From positions 1 to 25,300 of IMG/VR virus record IMGVR_UViG_3300042288_000537: DNA of 25,300 bases, one strand, 5' to 3'. The notes under the pieces were generated by a model. It worked only from the letters and a program-made list of their open reading frames with translations, had not been told where the DNA came from and did no database searches. A program made the translations under genes and the position numbers. Below are positions 8,252-15,170 of the stretch, one piece after another. The stretch is from a virus. Taxonomy: Duplodnaviria > Caudoviricetes. Positions within the stretch are counted from its first letter, which is position 1. Each line of letters begins with the position of its first letter.

Positions 8252-9451
8252 TCAAATTACCTTGAATAAAAACGGCTTATGTCGCCGCCGTGCGGCGAGC
8301 GCAAGCGCAAGCGCGCACACGCCGTCGTCGTGCCCCGATTGGGCTTCATACGTAACCCTACCCGCGTTATATCGGAAACCGAAGGAATCCAATTCGGCGC
8401 GCAACCAACCGTCGGGGTAGCGAACCTCGCGAGATTGAATCGCGGCGGATAGCCCCTCCATTATCTGTTGCTTGCTTGCGTTCGTGAATTTGAACCCTTC
8501 CGCGTTGCGGCACGCGCGGCATATGTCTTCCGTGATTGGGTCGCCTACCCCTGTTGAGTCGATATACGCCGTCGTATTCGCAACGATGCGCGCGACGCGT
8601 TCGCGTGTCGCGCCCCAATCCGATTGCCAACGCTCCAACACGCACACGGCGCCCGACGAATCGACGCCACAACAGACCGTCCAATCGTGCGATTTCGCTA
8701 GGTCAACGCCGAACGCGACAGGCGCGGCCGTCGATAGCGGCGCGACACACGCGCGGATTGCGTCGCCGCCGAAAGGGTTGCTACCGTCGTCGGTTGGTTC
8801 GGCTAGGTATAACTCGCGAAAGACATTGTCGGGAAGAATCGCGCGCGCCTCTTCGATTTCGCGGGCGTCCAATACGCCGCCGTCTACGGCATCCCACGCG
8901 GTAAGGCGGTGGTAGGCCATATTCGGCGCGCCGCCTTCCGCCATTCGCGCCAATCGGTATACCCAATTCTTGCGGCCCTTTACGTTGCCGATGATTCGTA
9001 GCGGCCCGCGCGTCGCGGTGAGTGTCGAACGCACCGCGTTGAACGCGGCTTCGGGGCACCGCGTAGCCTCATCAATTACCGCCGCGCTTACGTCGTCGCC
9101 GAAGAGGCTATCGGGGTTGTCGGCGGATTTGAACCATACGCGCGAACCGTTCGCGAGTCGCACGCACAATTCGGAGTCGTTGTCGTCCCACGTGCGTTTG
9201 GCGGGGTCGGCCTGTCGTAGCATCGTCTGCAACCGCATATAGCCGACGGTTTTCGTAACGTGGAACGTGGGCGCAATCCACCAATAATTGCCGCCGCGCC
9301 CGTTCCACGCGGCCGCGAACAACCACAATAGACACCCCGCGGTTTTCCCCGATTTCGTGCTAGCCTCAATTATCACGATACGCGCGGGGTCGCATATCGC
9401 GGCGAATTGCCGCGGGTACATAGCGGGCAAGGTCGGCGGCGTAACAATCAC
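8252..9451 (-). CDS. terL: Terminase large subunit
   Basis: Walker A ASTKSGKT, WWIAPT, Walker B AAVIDEA, RNase H-like nuclease FGVDLAKSHD and HDDGVCALALA. Directly precedes the portal. Confidence 0.93.
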   Translation of the reverse strand: MIVTPPTLPAMYPRQFAAICDPARIVIIEASTKSGKTAGCLLWLFAAAWNGRGGNYWWIAPTFHVTKTVGYMRLQTMLRQADPAKRTWDDNDSELCVRLANGSRVWFKSADNPDSLFGDDVSAAVIDEATRCPEAAFNAVRSTLTATRGPLRIIGNVKGRKNWVYRLARMAEGGAPNMAYHRLTAWDAVDGGVLDAREIEEARAILPDNVFRELYLAEPTDDGSNPFGGDAIRACVAPLSTAAPVAFGVDLAKSHDWTVCCGVDSSGAVCVLERWQSDWGATRERVARIVANTTAYIDSTGVGDPITEDICRACRNAEGFKFTNASKQQIMEGLSAAIQSREVRYPDGWLRAELDSFGFRYNAGRVTYEAQSGHDDGVCALALALAARRRHKPFLFKVI

Positions 9452-9798
9452 GAACCCGCGCCACCCGCGCGAAGCGTGATAGGCGCCAATTCTACGCGTT
9501 CAGTAGCGCCGCCACCGTCTAGCCGTTCGCAACGGTCGGCCGCCACCAACGCATCTAGGTTCGCGCGTTGCATAGCCAACAGGGTTTCCACGGCGCGCAA
9601 CCTGTCGCGTTCGCTAGCGGCGTTGGTTGCCATTTCGGTAACTAGGTCGGGCAACGTCGCCAACACGTGCGGCGGGATTTTCCAACCTTCGCGTAGCGCG
9701 CGGCGAACAATCACCAATCCCGCGCGATGCCCGACAGCGTCGATAGCGGAATCTGTCGCGGGTGATTCTGCGGGGGTAAGTTTTCGCGCGCGTGTCAT
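9448..9798 (-). CDS. Putative terminase small subunit
   Basis: MTRARKLTPAES... helical protein immediately upstream of and overlapping terL. The ATG at 9798 overlaps the upstream stop. The call is positional. Confidence 0.6.
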   Translation of the reverse strand: MTRARKLTPAESPATDSAIDAVGHRAGLVIVRRALREGWKIPPHVLATLPDLVTEMATNAASERDRLRAVETLLAMQRANLDALVAADRCERLDGGGATERVELAPITLRAGGAGS

Positions 9799-9980
9799 GG
9801 CGTGGGCGCGGTGAACCGCGGGCTTCCCTTCGGGTCGTATGTCCAACCGATGTCGCACGATTCGTCGACAAACAACGCAACCACGGTAGCGCTGTCGGGC
9901 GGTGTCCATTCGGCGATGCCGTCCCAAAGTATCACGTTGTCTACAACGCTTGCAACGACGATAGCGTGTCGGTCGTTCAT
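9795..9980 (-). CDS. Small acidic protein accompanying the Gly-rich fibre (possible fibre chaperone)
   Basis: MNDRHAIVVASVVDNVILWD...CDIGWTYD...FTAP; the A.V....V.NVI...IGW.YDG..F..P pattern is commonly seen after Gly-rich phage fibre genes. ATGA overlaps on both sides. Confidence 0.65.
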   Translation of the reverse strand: MNDRHAIVVASVVDNVILWDGIAEWTPPDSATVVALFVDESCDIGWTYDPKGSPRFTAPTP

Positions 9981-10864
9981 TGTTCCACCACCAAAACATA
10001 GCCCGCGCCACCCGCGCCGCCGTCGCCCGCGCGCGCGTTGAAGCAAGCGCCGCCACCACCGCCACCGCTACCGCGGCCGCCCGCGCCGCCGTTGCCCGCC
10101 ACCGCGGCATTGTTGCCACCGCCACCGCCGCCGCCCGTGCCGATGCCACGCCAAAGCCCTGTGACGCTACCCGCCGTGCCCGCCACGCCCGCGCCGCCGC
10201 CCGCGCCGCCACCGCCGCGCGTCGTCGTTTGCGAATTGACGCTACCGCCCGCGCTACCCGCTAAACCCGTTAGGCTTGCAAGGTCGAACGGCCCGCCGCC
10301 GCCGCCACCCGCGCCCGAAAACCAACCGCGAACGCCGCCCGTAGACACCGACGCGACGTTGGACGCGCCGCCCGCGCCGTACGCGACGCCGAACGCCGCT
10401 ACGGCCGTGCCGCCCGCCGCGTTTGCGTTGCTACCCGCGACACCACCGCCGCCACCCGCGACAGATAGCGCATCGAACGACGTAGTACCACCGCCGCCGC
10501 CATTGCTCGCGGTCGTGCCACCCGCGCCCAACGTGCCGCCCGCGGCGATTGTGACGGTAACGGACGTCGCCACGTCGGACGCTAGCAACACGACGACACC
10601 GCCGCCGCCGCCCGCGCCGCCACCACCCCCGCTACGGTCGGCCGCGGTCGTGTTGACGCGCGCGCCACCGCCACCGCCACCACCGCCGCCGACTAGGTAG
10701 ACGGTTATGGTTTCGGCGCCCGCCGACTTATAGAACGTGCCCGACCCCGTAAACTCCGTAACTGTCGCGCCGTAAACCAACCCGTCGCTACCGACGCCGA
10801 TACCCGCGCCCGTGGCTAGCGGTAACGTGTTGGGGTCGATTGTGGTTAGGTAGCGTGGGTTCAT
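9977..10864 (-). CDS. Glycine-rich virion fibre-like protein (polyglycine-II type domain)
   Basis: TEFTGSGTF...ITVYLVGGGGGGGGG...VTVTIAAGG...GGAGGAGYVLVVEQ. Confidence 0.75.
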   Translation of the reverse strand: MNPRYLTTIDPNTLPLATGAGIGVGSDGLVYGATVTEFTGSGTFYKSAGAETITVYLVGGGGGGGGGARVNTTAADRSGGGGGAGGGGGVVVLLASDVATSVTVTIAAGGTLGAGGTTASNGGGGGTTSFDALSVAGGGGGVAGSNANAAGGTAVAAFGVAYGAGGASNVASVSTGGVRGWFSGAGGGGGGPFDLASLTGLAGSAGGSVNSQTTTRGGGGAGGGAGVAGTAGSVTGLWRGIGTGGGGGGGNNAAVAGNGGAGGRGSGGGGGGACFNARAGDGGAGGAGYVLVVEQ

Positions 10865-11106
10865 TCGTTCCGCCTTGCACGGTCGTAGCCGTATTGAATT
10901 TCGAACGCGCGAAGCGCCGCGATATGGACGCGCCTATCTCGCGATGCGGGTAGACGAATTCCCGCCAATCGGCCCGAATCAATCCACCGCGAAACTTGCG
11001 TGGCCGACACCCCTAGCCGCGCGGCTATCTGTCCCGTGGTGAACCATTCGCGCGCGGGCGGTAGTGGTTCGTTCCCGCGGGGCGGTAGGTTACTCCGCGC
11101 GCGCAT
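10861..11106 (-). CDS. Excisionase/MerR-like (HTH_17) DNA-binding protein
   Basis: WFTTGQIAARLGVSATQVSRWIDSGRLAGIRLPASRDRRV. GGAGG lies 9 nt upstream of the ATG at 11106. Confidence 0.8.
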   Translation of the reverse strand: MRARSNLPPRGNEPLPPAREWFTTGQIAARLGVSATQVSRWIDSGRLAGIRLPASRDRRVHIAALRAFEIQYGYDRARRNE

Positions 11107-11365
11107 CGTCAGCATCCTCCACGAACGACGGCGGCACGGCGTACCAACCTTCGGGAATCGTTACGCGGTTTGCCGATAGCGTCCATTCGCCGTCGGCGTA
11201 GGTATAGACGCGGCCGCTAATCGTCGGCCCTATCCGAATCGGAGCGGCTTCGGGTACTAGCACCGTTCGCGCGCAACCAATCGCGGACACGGCCACCGCC
11301 GCGGCGCAAAAGGCCACGATTCGTAGGCGCGTCGGTCGCGGTGGTTGTTCCAATGTACTTTCCAT
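11090..11365 (-). CDS. Putative lipoprotein (o-spanin-like)
   Basis: Basic N-region, hydrophobic stretch IVAFCAAAVAVSAIG|C resembling a lipobox, Pro-rich mature part. Overlaps 11217..11423 in another frame. Confidence 0.55.
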   Translation of the reverse strand: MESTLEQPPRPTRLRIVAFCAAAVAVSAIGCARTVLVPEAAPIRIGPTISGRVYTYADGEWTLSANRVTIPEGWYAVPPSFVEDADDARAE

Positions 11366-11423
11366 AGGTGGCTAGGATTGATTGCAGCACGGCCGACGCG
11401 AACGCGGCTAGCGCCGCGATCAT
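11217..11423 (-). CDS. Small N-terminally hydrophobic protein (i-spanin-like position)
   Basis: MIAALAAFASAVLQSILATYG...; its ATG overlaps the holin-like stop (ATGA). Confidence 0.5.
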   Translation of the reverse strand: MIAALAAFASAVLQSILATYGKYIGTTTATDAPTNRGLLRRGGGRVRDWLRANGASTRSRSDSDRADD

Positions 11424-11632
11424 TTCGCGCCCGCGCGTTCGGACGACACGCGGTTGTCGCGTGCGGCGATTAGCCCTAGCCCCGCCATAACCGCGGCCGC
11501 GACCGCGCCCCAATCGGGAATCGTTACGGGGTCGTTATCGAACAACGCCGTAACCGCGGTACCGACCGCGACCACGATTGCCGCGACACCCGCTACCGTT
11601 GTACGCCACGAACCGCCTTTGATTGCGTCCAT
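11420..11632 (-). CDS. Putative holin (2 TM segments, basic C-terminus)
   Basis: SWRTTVAGVAAIVVAVGTAV...WGAVAAAVMAGLGLIAARDNRVSSERAGAK. Confidence 0.6.
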   Translation of the reverse strand: MDAIKGGSWRTTVAGVAAIVVAVGTAVTALFDNDPVTIPDWGAVAAAVMAGLGLIAARDNRVSSERAGAK

Positions 11633-11634
11633 TG

Positions 11635-11901
11635 TTACCGCCTTTCTTCTAGTCGTTCGATGCGCGCGCGTAGCGCGTCCAATTCACGTTGGCTACCCGC
11701 GTCGGCCGTCGCGTTCGCTATCTGCGCCTTCGCCAAATCCTGCACGATGCTAGCCAATTCTTCCACGCGGCCGACGGTGTTCGATAGTTGAAAATCGCGC
11801 CGCCCGACTTCCGACCCCAACCACCATAGGCCACCGATAAGCGTAAACAATTGCGCTACGTTCACGGTTCTATCCAACGCGGCTAGCGGGTGCGGCTTCA
11901 T
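11635..11901 (-). CDS. Single-TM plus coiled-coil protein (holin/antiholin-like)
   Basis: MKPHPLAALDRTVNVAQLFTLIGGLWWLG...ELDALRARIERLEERR. The ATG at 11901 overlaps the resolvase stop; the ORF-track extension to 12189 is spurious. Confidence 0.6.
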   Translation of the reverse strand: MKPHPLAALDRTVNVAQLFTLIGGLWWLGSEVGRRDFQLSNTVGRVEELASIVQDLAKAQIANATADAGSQRELDALRARIERLEERR

Positions 11902-12242
11902 AGTAGCGGGTTTCCGTCGGCGCTTGCGAGGGCGACGCGTAGCGCCGTTAGGTCGGCGAGTCGTAGCATTACCACCCATTCCGTATCTCCATCCTCGCGA
12001 CAAAGCACGGTCGGCACCGCACCCGCGACCGCGTCGCGTTCGGCTTGCCGTAGGAATTCGATAGCGGAGATGCGCGCGCGGCGCTTGATTTCCAAATGAA
12101 CGGGCGCCGTAGTGGCCACGTCGGCGTCGCCGTGTCGCCCTGTCCGTTGGGCGGTGCGATGCGCGGGAAGCCCCGTAGCGGCCGTCCACGCGGCCGCGGC
12201 TTCGCGCTCCCCGACGGCACCCTTTGTACGCGAATTCGGCAT
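11898..12242 (-). CDS. Hjc-like PD-(D/E)XK Holliday junction resolvase
   Basis: NSRTKGAVGERE...GDADV...HLEIKR...VPTVLCREDGDTEWVV. Confidence 0.8.
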   Translation of the reverse strand: MPNSRTKGAVGEREAAAAWTAATGLPAHRTAQRTGRHGDADVATTAPVHLEIKRRARISAIEFLRQAERDAVAGAVPTVLCREDGDTEWVVMLRLADLTALRVALASADGNPLL

Positions 12243-12286
12243 GGCGCTAGTATCGGCGCGCGGCGGCGTTACGTCTACCCGTAACG
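12243..12286 (-). promoter_or_regulatory. Putative late-operon promoter giving a leaderless mRNA, with an inverted repeat over the -35
   Basis: TAGACG (12277-12272)-N17-GATACT (12254-12249), then 6 nt, then the ATG at 12242. CGTTACG-N6-CGTAACG at 12267-12286. Confidence 0.55.
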
Positions 12287-12321
12287 AAAACGCACGCGCT
12301 CGGAACGTCCGAACGCGTGCG
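12287..12321 (-). terminator. Intrinsic terminator ending the cassette array
   Basis: CGCACGCGTTCGGA-CGT-TCCGAGCGCGTGCG followed by TTTTCGTT. Confidence 0.8.
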
Positions 12322-12345
12322 CGGGTAAGAAAAGATATCGGTAGT

Positions 12346-12609
12346 CTAGCGCGATTCGGCGGCGGCGCGCGCGGCGTAATCCTCCGCGCAACGCTTCGCG
12401 CGTTCTATCGCGTAGGGGTCGCGCGCGTTTTCGGCGTACGCGTGGACGTGTTGCCCCTTGACAGACACGGCGACTAGCAACGCCGAAGCGCCCGATACGA
12501 AATCGAGCCGAACGGGTAGCCCGTGGATGCGCGCGACGATTGCGGATTGCCAACCGTTGCCAACGCTATCCCAAAGGGGCAACGACCACGTAGCGTCGGC
12601 GGTGTTCAA
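12346..12609 (-). CDS. Hypothetical early protein (cassette 1, gene 2)
   Basis: TTG start overlaps the upstream TGA; 87 aa with globular-looking composition. Confidence 0.65.
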   Translation of the reverse strand: MNTADATWSLPLWDSVGNGWQSAIVARIHGLPVRLDFVSGASALLVAVSVKGQHVHAYAENARDPYAIERAKRCAEDYAARAAAESR

Positions 12610-12866
12610 TTGCCACCCCCGATTTCCGTAGCGGCAAGGTGCGCGCGAAGCCCGCGCACGGTTTCACGTTGAACGGTTTTATACGCGACGTTGACGCGGC
12701 GACGGAACGCGTAGCCCGCGTCGTCGAAGCCCGCGCCGCGACTTGTGGCGAAAGCCCAACCCGCGGCGATCATGTCCGCCATAGCGTAATTGTTCGCGGC
12801 GATATGCGCGGCGCACGCGGCGCGGCACGCGTTCGTAAGTTCGGTGGTCGTTGCGTTCGTGTCCAT
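12606..12866 (-). CDS. Hypothetical early protein (cassette 1, gene 1)
   Basis: AGGGG RBS 6 nt upstream; lies directly behind a repeat promoter/leader. Confidence 0.75.
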   Translation of the reverse strand: MDTNATTTELTNACRAACAAHIAANNYAMADMIAAGWAFATSRGAGFDDAGYAFRRRVNVAYKTVQRETVRGLRAHLAATEIGGGN

Positions 12867-12994
12867 TGTGTACCCCTGTCGTTGTCGGCGTCTGCCGCCG
12901 CGGCCCGTCGCCGTAGTGGCGACGCGGTGAGTATAGAGCGGCCCGCGCGTGTGTCAAGCCGCATTGGACAGAATCCGACAGAATCGCAAAAAGA
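12867..12994 (-). promoter_or_regulatory. Repeated promoter-leader unit, copy 1
   Basis: Tandem GATTCTGTC(G/C) motif, TTGACA (12957-12952)-N16-TATACT (12935-12930), two-hairpin leader, AGGGG RBS. Confidence 0.88.
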
Positions 12995-13016
12995 ATTCGG
13001 CCCCTTGCGGGGCCGA
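12988..13016 (-). terminator. Intrinsic terminator of cassette 2
   Basis: TCGGCCCC-GCAA-GGGGCCGA then ATTCTTTTT. Confidence 0.8.
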
Positions 13017-13037
13017 TGTCCGTAGCGTGGTCGTCGA

Positions 13038-13229
13038 TTAGGCGCGCGCTGTCGCGGCCGCGGCGTCGGCGACGACGCGGCGCCACGCGCGAATCGACAG
13101 GCCGACGGTGCGGAACTTGCGGGCGAGTCGTTGCGCGTCGCGTTCGTTGTTGCCCGTCAACCACGGGCGCACGAATTCGATAACGGCGGCGGGCGTGGTG
13201 TTTGCGGTGTCGGTCGTGGTTGCGTTCAT
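13038..13229 (-). CDS. Hypothetical early protein (cassette 2)
   Basis: 63 aa, AGGGG RBS, bounded by a repeat promoter and a terminator. Confidence 0.75.
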   Translation of the reverse strand: MNATTTDTANTTPAAVIEFVRPWLTGNNERDAQRLARKFRTVGLSIRAWRRVVADAAAATARA

Positions 13230-13347
13230 TGTGTACCCCTATCTTCGCGGTCGGCCCGCGTGGCCTGTCGCGTTCGTCGCGACGGGGTAAGTATAGCGCG
13301 CGGCGCGCGCGTGTCAACCCGCATTGGACAGAATCCGAAAGAATTCT
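13230..13347 (-). promoter_or_regulatory. Repeated promoter-leader unit, copy 2
   Basis: TTGACA (13317-13312)-N16-TATACT (13295-13290); 41 bp of the leader is identical to copy 3. Confidence 0.88.
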
Positions 13348-13537
13348 ACCGCGCGGGCACGACGACGAACCCGCCGCGCTCCACCGCCGCGGATTCCGCG
13401 GCCGACAGGTCGGCGAACACGCACGGGCAATCGAACACGACCCGCGTACCGTCGGCGTCGCGGTCGAACACGTCGCCCGTGCCGCGGCAATCGGCGCACG
13501 TTGGGCACGGCCGTAGCGTTACGGGGGCTACGTTCAC
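13346..13537 (-). CDS. Small Cys-rich putative Zn-ribbon protein (cassette 3, gene 2)
   Basis: CPTCADCRGTG...DCPC. GTG start overlaps the upstream TGA, with an AAGGGG RBS. Confidence 0.65.
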   Translation of the reverse strand: MNVAPVTLRPCPTCADCRGTGDVFDRDADGTRVVFDCPCVFADLSAAESAAVERGGFVVVPAR

Positions 13538-13761
13538 GCCGCACCCCTTTCTACCAATTCCCACGTATTCATCCCTTCAATAACGTGCGCGACCGCGGCG
13601 CGGTATGTCGTATCGTATGACAATTCGCCAACATACATTCGTCGGCACAATTCATCGTTGCAAGCCACGTATCGGTTTACGGCGGTCGTGCGGCGTCCGT
13701 GTGGCGCCGACACAATCCACGCGTGCATTTGTTCGGGCGTCATTTTTCGCGCTGTTGACAT
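13534..13761 (-). CDS. Hypothetical early protein (cassette 3, gene 1)
   Basis: 75 aa, AGGGG RBS behind the repeat leader. Confidence 0.75.
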   Translation of the reverse strand: MSTARKMTPEQMHAWIVSAPHGRRTTAVNRYVACNDELCRRMYVGELSYDTTYRAAVAHVIEGMNTWELVERGAA

Positions 13762-13884
13762 TTGGTACCCCTATCTTCGCGGTCGGCCCGCGTGGCCTGT
13801 CGCGTCGTGCGACACGCGGAGTATAGCGCGGCGCCGCACCGTGTCAACCGCCATTGGACAGAATCCGACAGAATCGCAAAAAGA
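13762..13884 (-). promoter_or_regulatory. Repeated promoter-leader unit, copy 3
   Basis: TTGACA (13847-13842)-N16-TATACT (13825-13820); 33 bp of the upstream block is identical to copy 1. Confidence 0.88.
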
Positions 13885-13908
13885 CACGCGCCCCCGTTCG
13901 GGGGCGCG
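13878..13908 (-). terminator. Intrinsic terminator of cassette 4
   Basis: CGCGCCCCC-GAAC-GGGGGCGCG then TGTCTTTTT. Confidence 0.75.
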
Positions 13909-13929
13909 CGGCGCCGTCGGGCGCGGGGG

Positions 13930-14322
13930 TTAGTTCCAATCGCGTTCGGCGTCGCGGTGCGCGTCCACCGCCATTTCGTCGGCGCACGCGGGCGCGGTTG
14001 CCCACACTTGACGCGACGCCCATACCGACGTCCGCCACATAGCGCGGTTGCGGAGTACGCCCGCGGCGGCGCAATTGCGCGCGGCGGCGTATCCGAAGCC
14101 CGCGACGCACACGCCGTCGGCGTTGTAGAGTCGCGTACGGAACTGCGACACGCCGTGGTAGTTACGTTCTAGGCGCTCTTCGAAGTAGCCGCCCGCGCGC
14201 ACAATCTCCGCGGCGCGAAGCGCGCGACCGCGAAGGGTGGCGAATCCCGCGGCGGCGCGCGCGGCGCGCATTTCGGCGGCGGTTGGTTCGGTCGTCGTGG
14301 CGGTCGTTTCGGTGGTGAGCAT
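13930..14322 (-). CDS. Hypothetical early protein (cassette 4)
   Basis: MLTTETTATTTEPT...; ATG at 14322 with AGGGG RBS. The ORF-track start 14373 lies inside the leader. Confidence 0.75.
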   Translation of the reverse strand: MLTTETTATTTEPTAAEMRAARAAAGFATLRGRALRAAEIVRAGGYFEERLERNYHGVSQFRTRLYNADGVCVAGFGYAAARNCAAAGVLRNRAMWRTSVWASRQVWATAPACADEMAVDAHRDAERDWN

Positions 14323-14445
14323 TTGTAACCCCTGTCGTCGGCGTCGGCCGCCGTGGCCTGTCGTGCGAATCACGACACGCGAAGTATAGACAGACTTCGG
14401 CGCCTGTCAACCCACGTTGGACAGAATCTAGAAAGATTCTCAAAA
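14323..14445 (-). promoter_or_regulatory. Repeated promoter-leader unit, copy 4
   Basis: TTGACA (14410-14405)-N16-TATACT (14388-14383), two-hairpin leader. Confidence 0.88.
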
Positions 14446-14473
14446 GACACCGCCCCGCGGGTGCGCGGGGCGG
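14442..14473 (-). terminator. Intrinsic terminator of cassette 5
   Basis: CCGCCCCGCG-CACC-CGCGGGGCGG then TGTCTTTT. Confidence 0.75.
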
Positions 14474-14500
14474 CATCGGCGCGCGGGCGGGCGCGCGTGG

Positions 14501-14785
14501 TTACGCGTGGGGGTCGCGGTACGAATCGGCGCGGCCGACGTAGGCGCGGCGCCCGTTGCCGTCGGCGGCGTCATAGACGCCCTGTTGTTCGCGGCTTGCC
14601 ACGTAGCGCGAAATTGTCCCATCGCCGCCGCGCAGACATAGCGCGATTGATAGCGGGCGCGTGATGCTAGACGCTGCAACCGCCGTAACGATTGCGGGGT
14701 ATCGGTCGCTACCGATACACACGGTAGCGGGCATACCGACCGCGGGCGCGACGTTCGGAACGCCGTAGCGGGCGTGGGCGCTCAA
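14501..14785 (-). CDS. Hypothetical early protein, beta-rich (cassette 5, gene 2)
   Basis: TTG start overlaps the upstream TGA; P.VGMPATVCIGSDRYPAIVTAV...YRDP. Confidence 0.65.
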   Translation of the reverse strand: MSAHARYGVPNVAPAVGMPATVCIGSDRYPAIVTAVAASSITRPLSIALCLRGGDGTISRYVASREQQGVYDAADGNGRRAYVGRADSYRDPHA

Positions 14786-15045
14786 TAGCCACCCCCAATC
14801 GCGACCAATGCCGAAGGATGCGCGAACACGGCGCCGTCGTAGTGGTCGTGTTCGGGGATTGGTTCCAACCAATCGCCCGCCACAATGTCGGCGTCGGCGT
14901 CGATCTTCGCGAAGTGCGGCGCGATCTTGAAAAGCCCGCCCATTTTGCTGTCGGCCGCGATAACGCGCGTAACCGTAGCGTTGAACGGACGCGGGCTATT
15001 AGGCACGTTGACGACGACGTGTTGCCCAACAGTAAACTTACACAT
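14782..15045 (-). CDS. Hypothetical early protein, SH3-like start (cassette 5, gene 1)
   Basis: MCKFTVGQHVVV...ATVTRV; AAGGGG RBS. Confidence 0.7.
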   Translation of the reverse strand: MCKFTVGQHVVVNVPNSPRPFNATVTRVIAADSKMGGLFKIAPHFAKIDADADIVAGDWLEPIPEHDHYDGAVFAHPSALVAIGGGY

Positions 15046-15170
15046 AGCGAAACCCCTTGCAATCGGCGTCGGCCGCCGCGGCCTGTCGCGTTCGTCGCGA
15101 CGCACACACAATAGCAACACCCGCGCCCGTGTCAACCCACGTTGGACGAATTCCGTAAGAATTCCGAAAA
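15046..15170 (-). promoter_or_regulatory. Repeated promoter-leader unit, copy 5
   Basis: TTGACA (15135-15130)-N16-TATTGT (15113-15108), same leader architecture; abuts the tRNA 3' end. Confidence 0.82.

Noticed and set aside
9448-10212. ORF-track long starts (9448..10212, 4746..5510, 11635..12189, 18192..18869, 20703..21821, 23506..24960)
   Set aside because: The extensions overlap upstream genes. Internal starts with stop/start overlaps or RBSs fit better.
10038-10700. 220-aa proline-rich + strand ORF
   Set aside because: It is the antisense shadow of the Gly-rich gene (GGC/GGT codons read as CCN).
12867-15170. CRISPR array or integron attC array interpretation of the repeats
   Set aside because: Units are about 120 bp, degenerate, contain promoters and RBSs, and are separated by whole genes of variable length. 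There is no cas gene or integron integrase, and I did not see attC R/L box structure.
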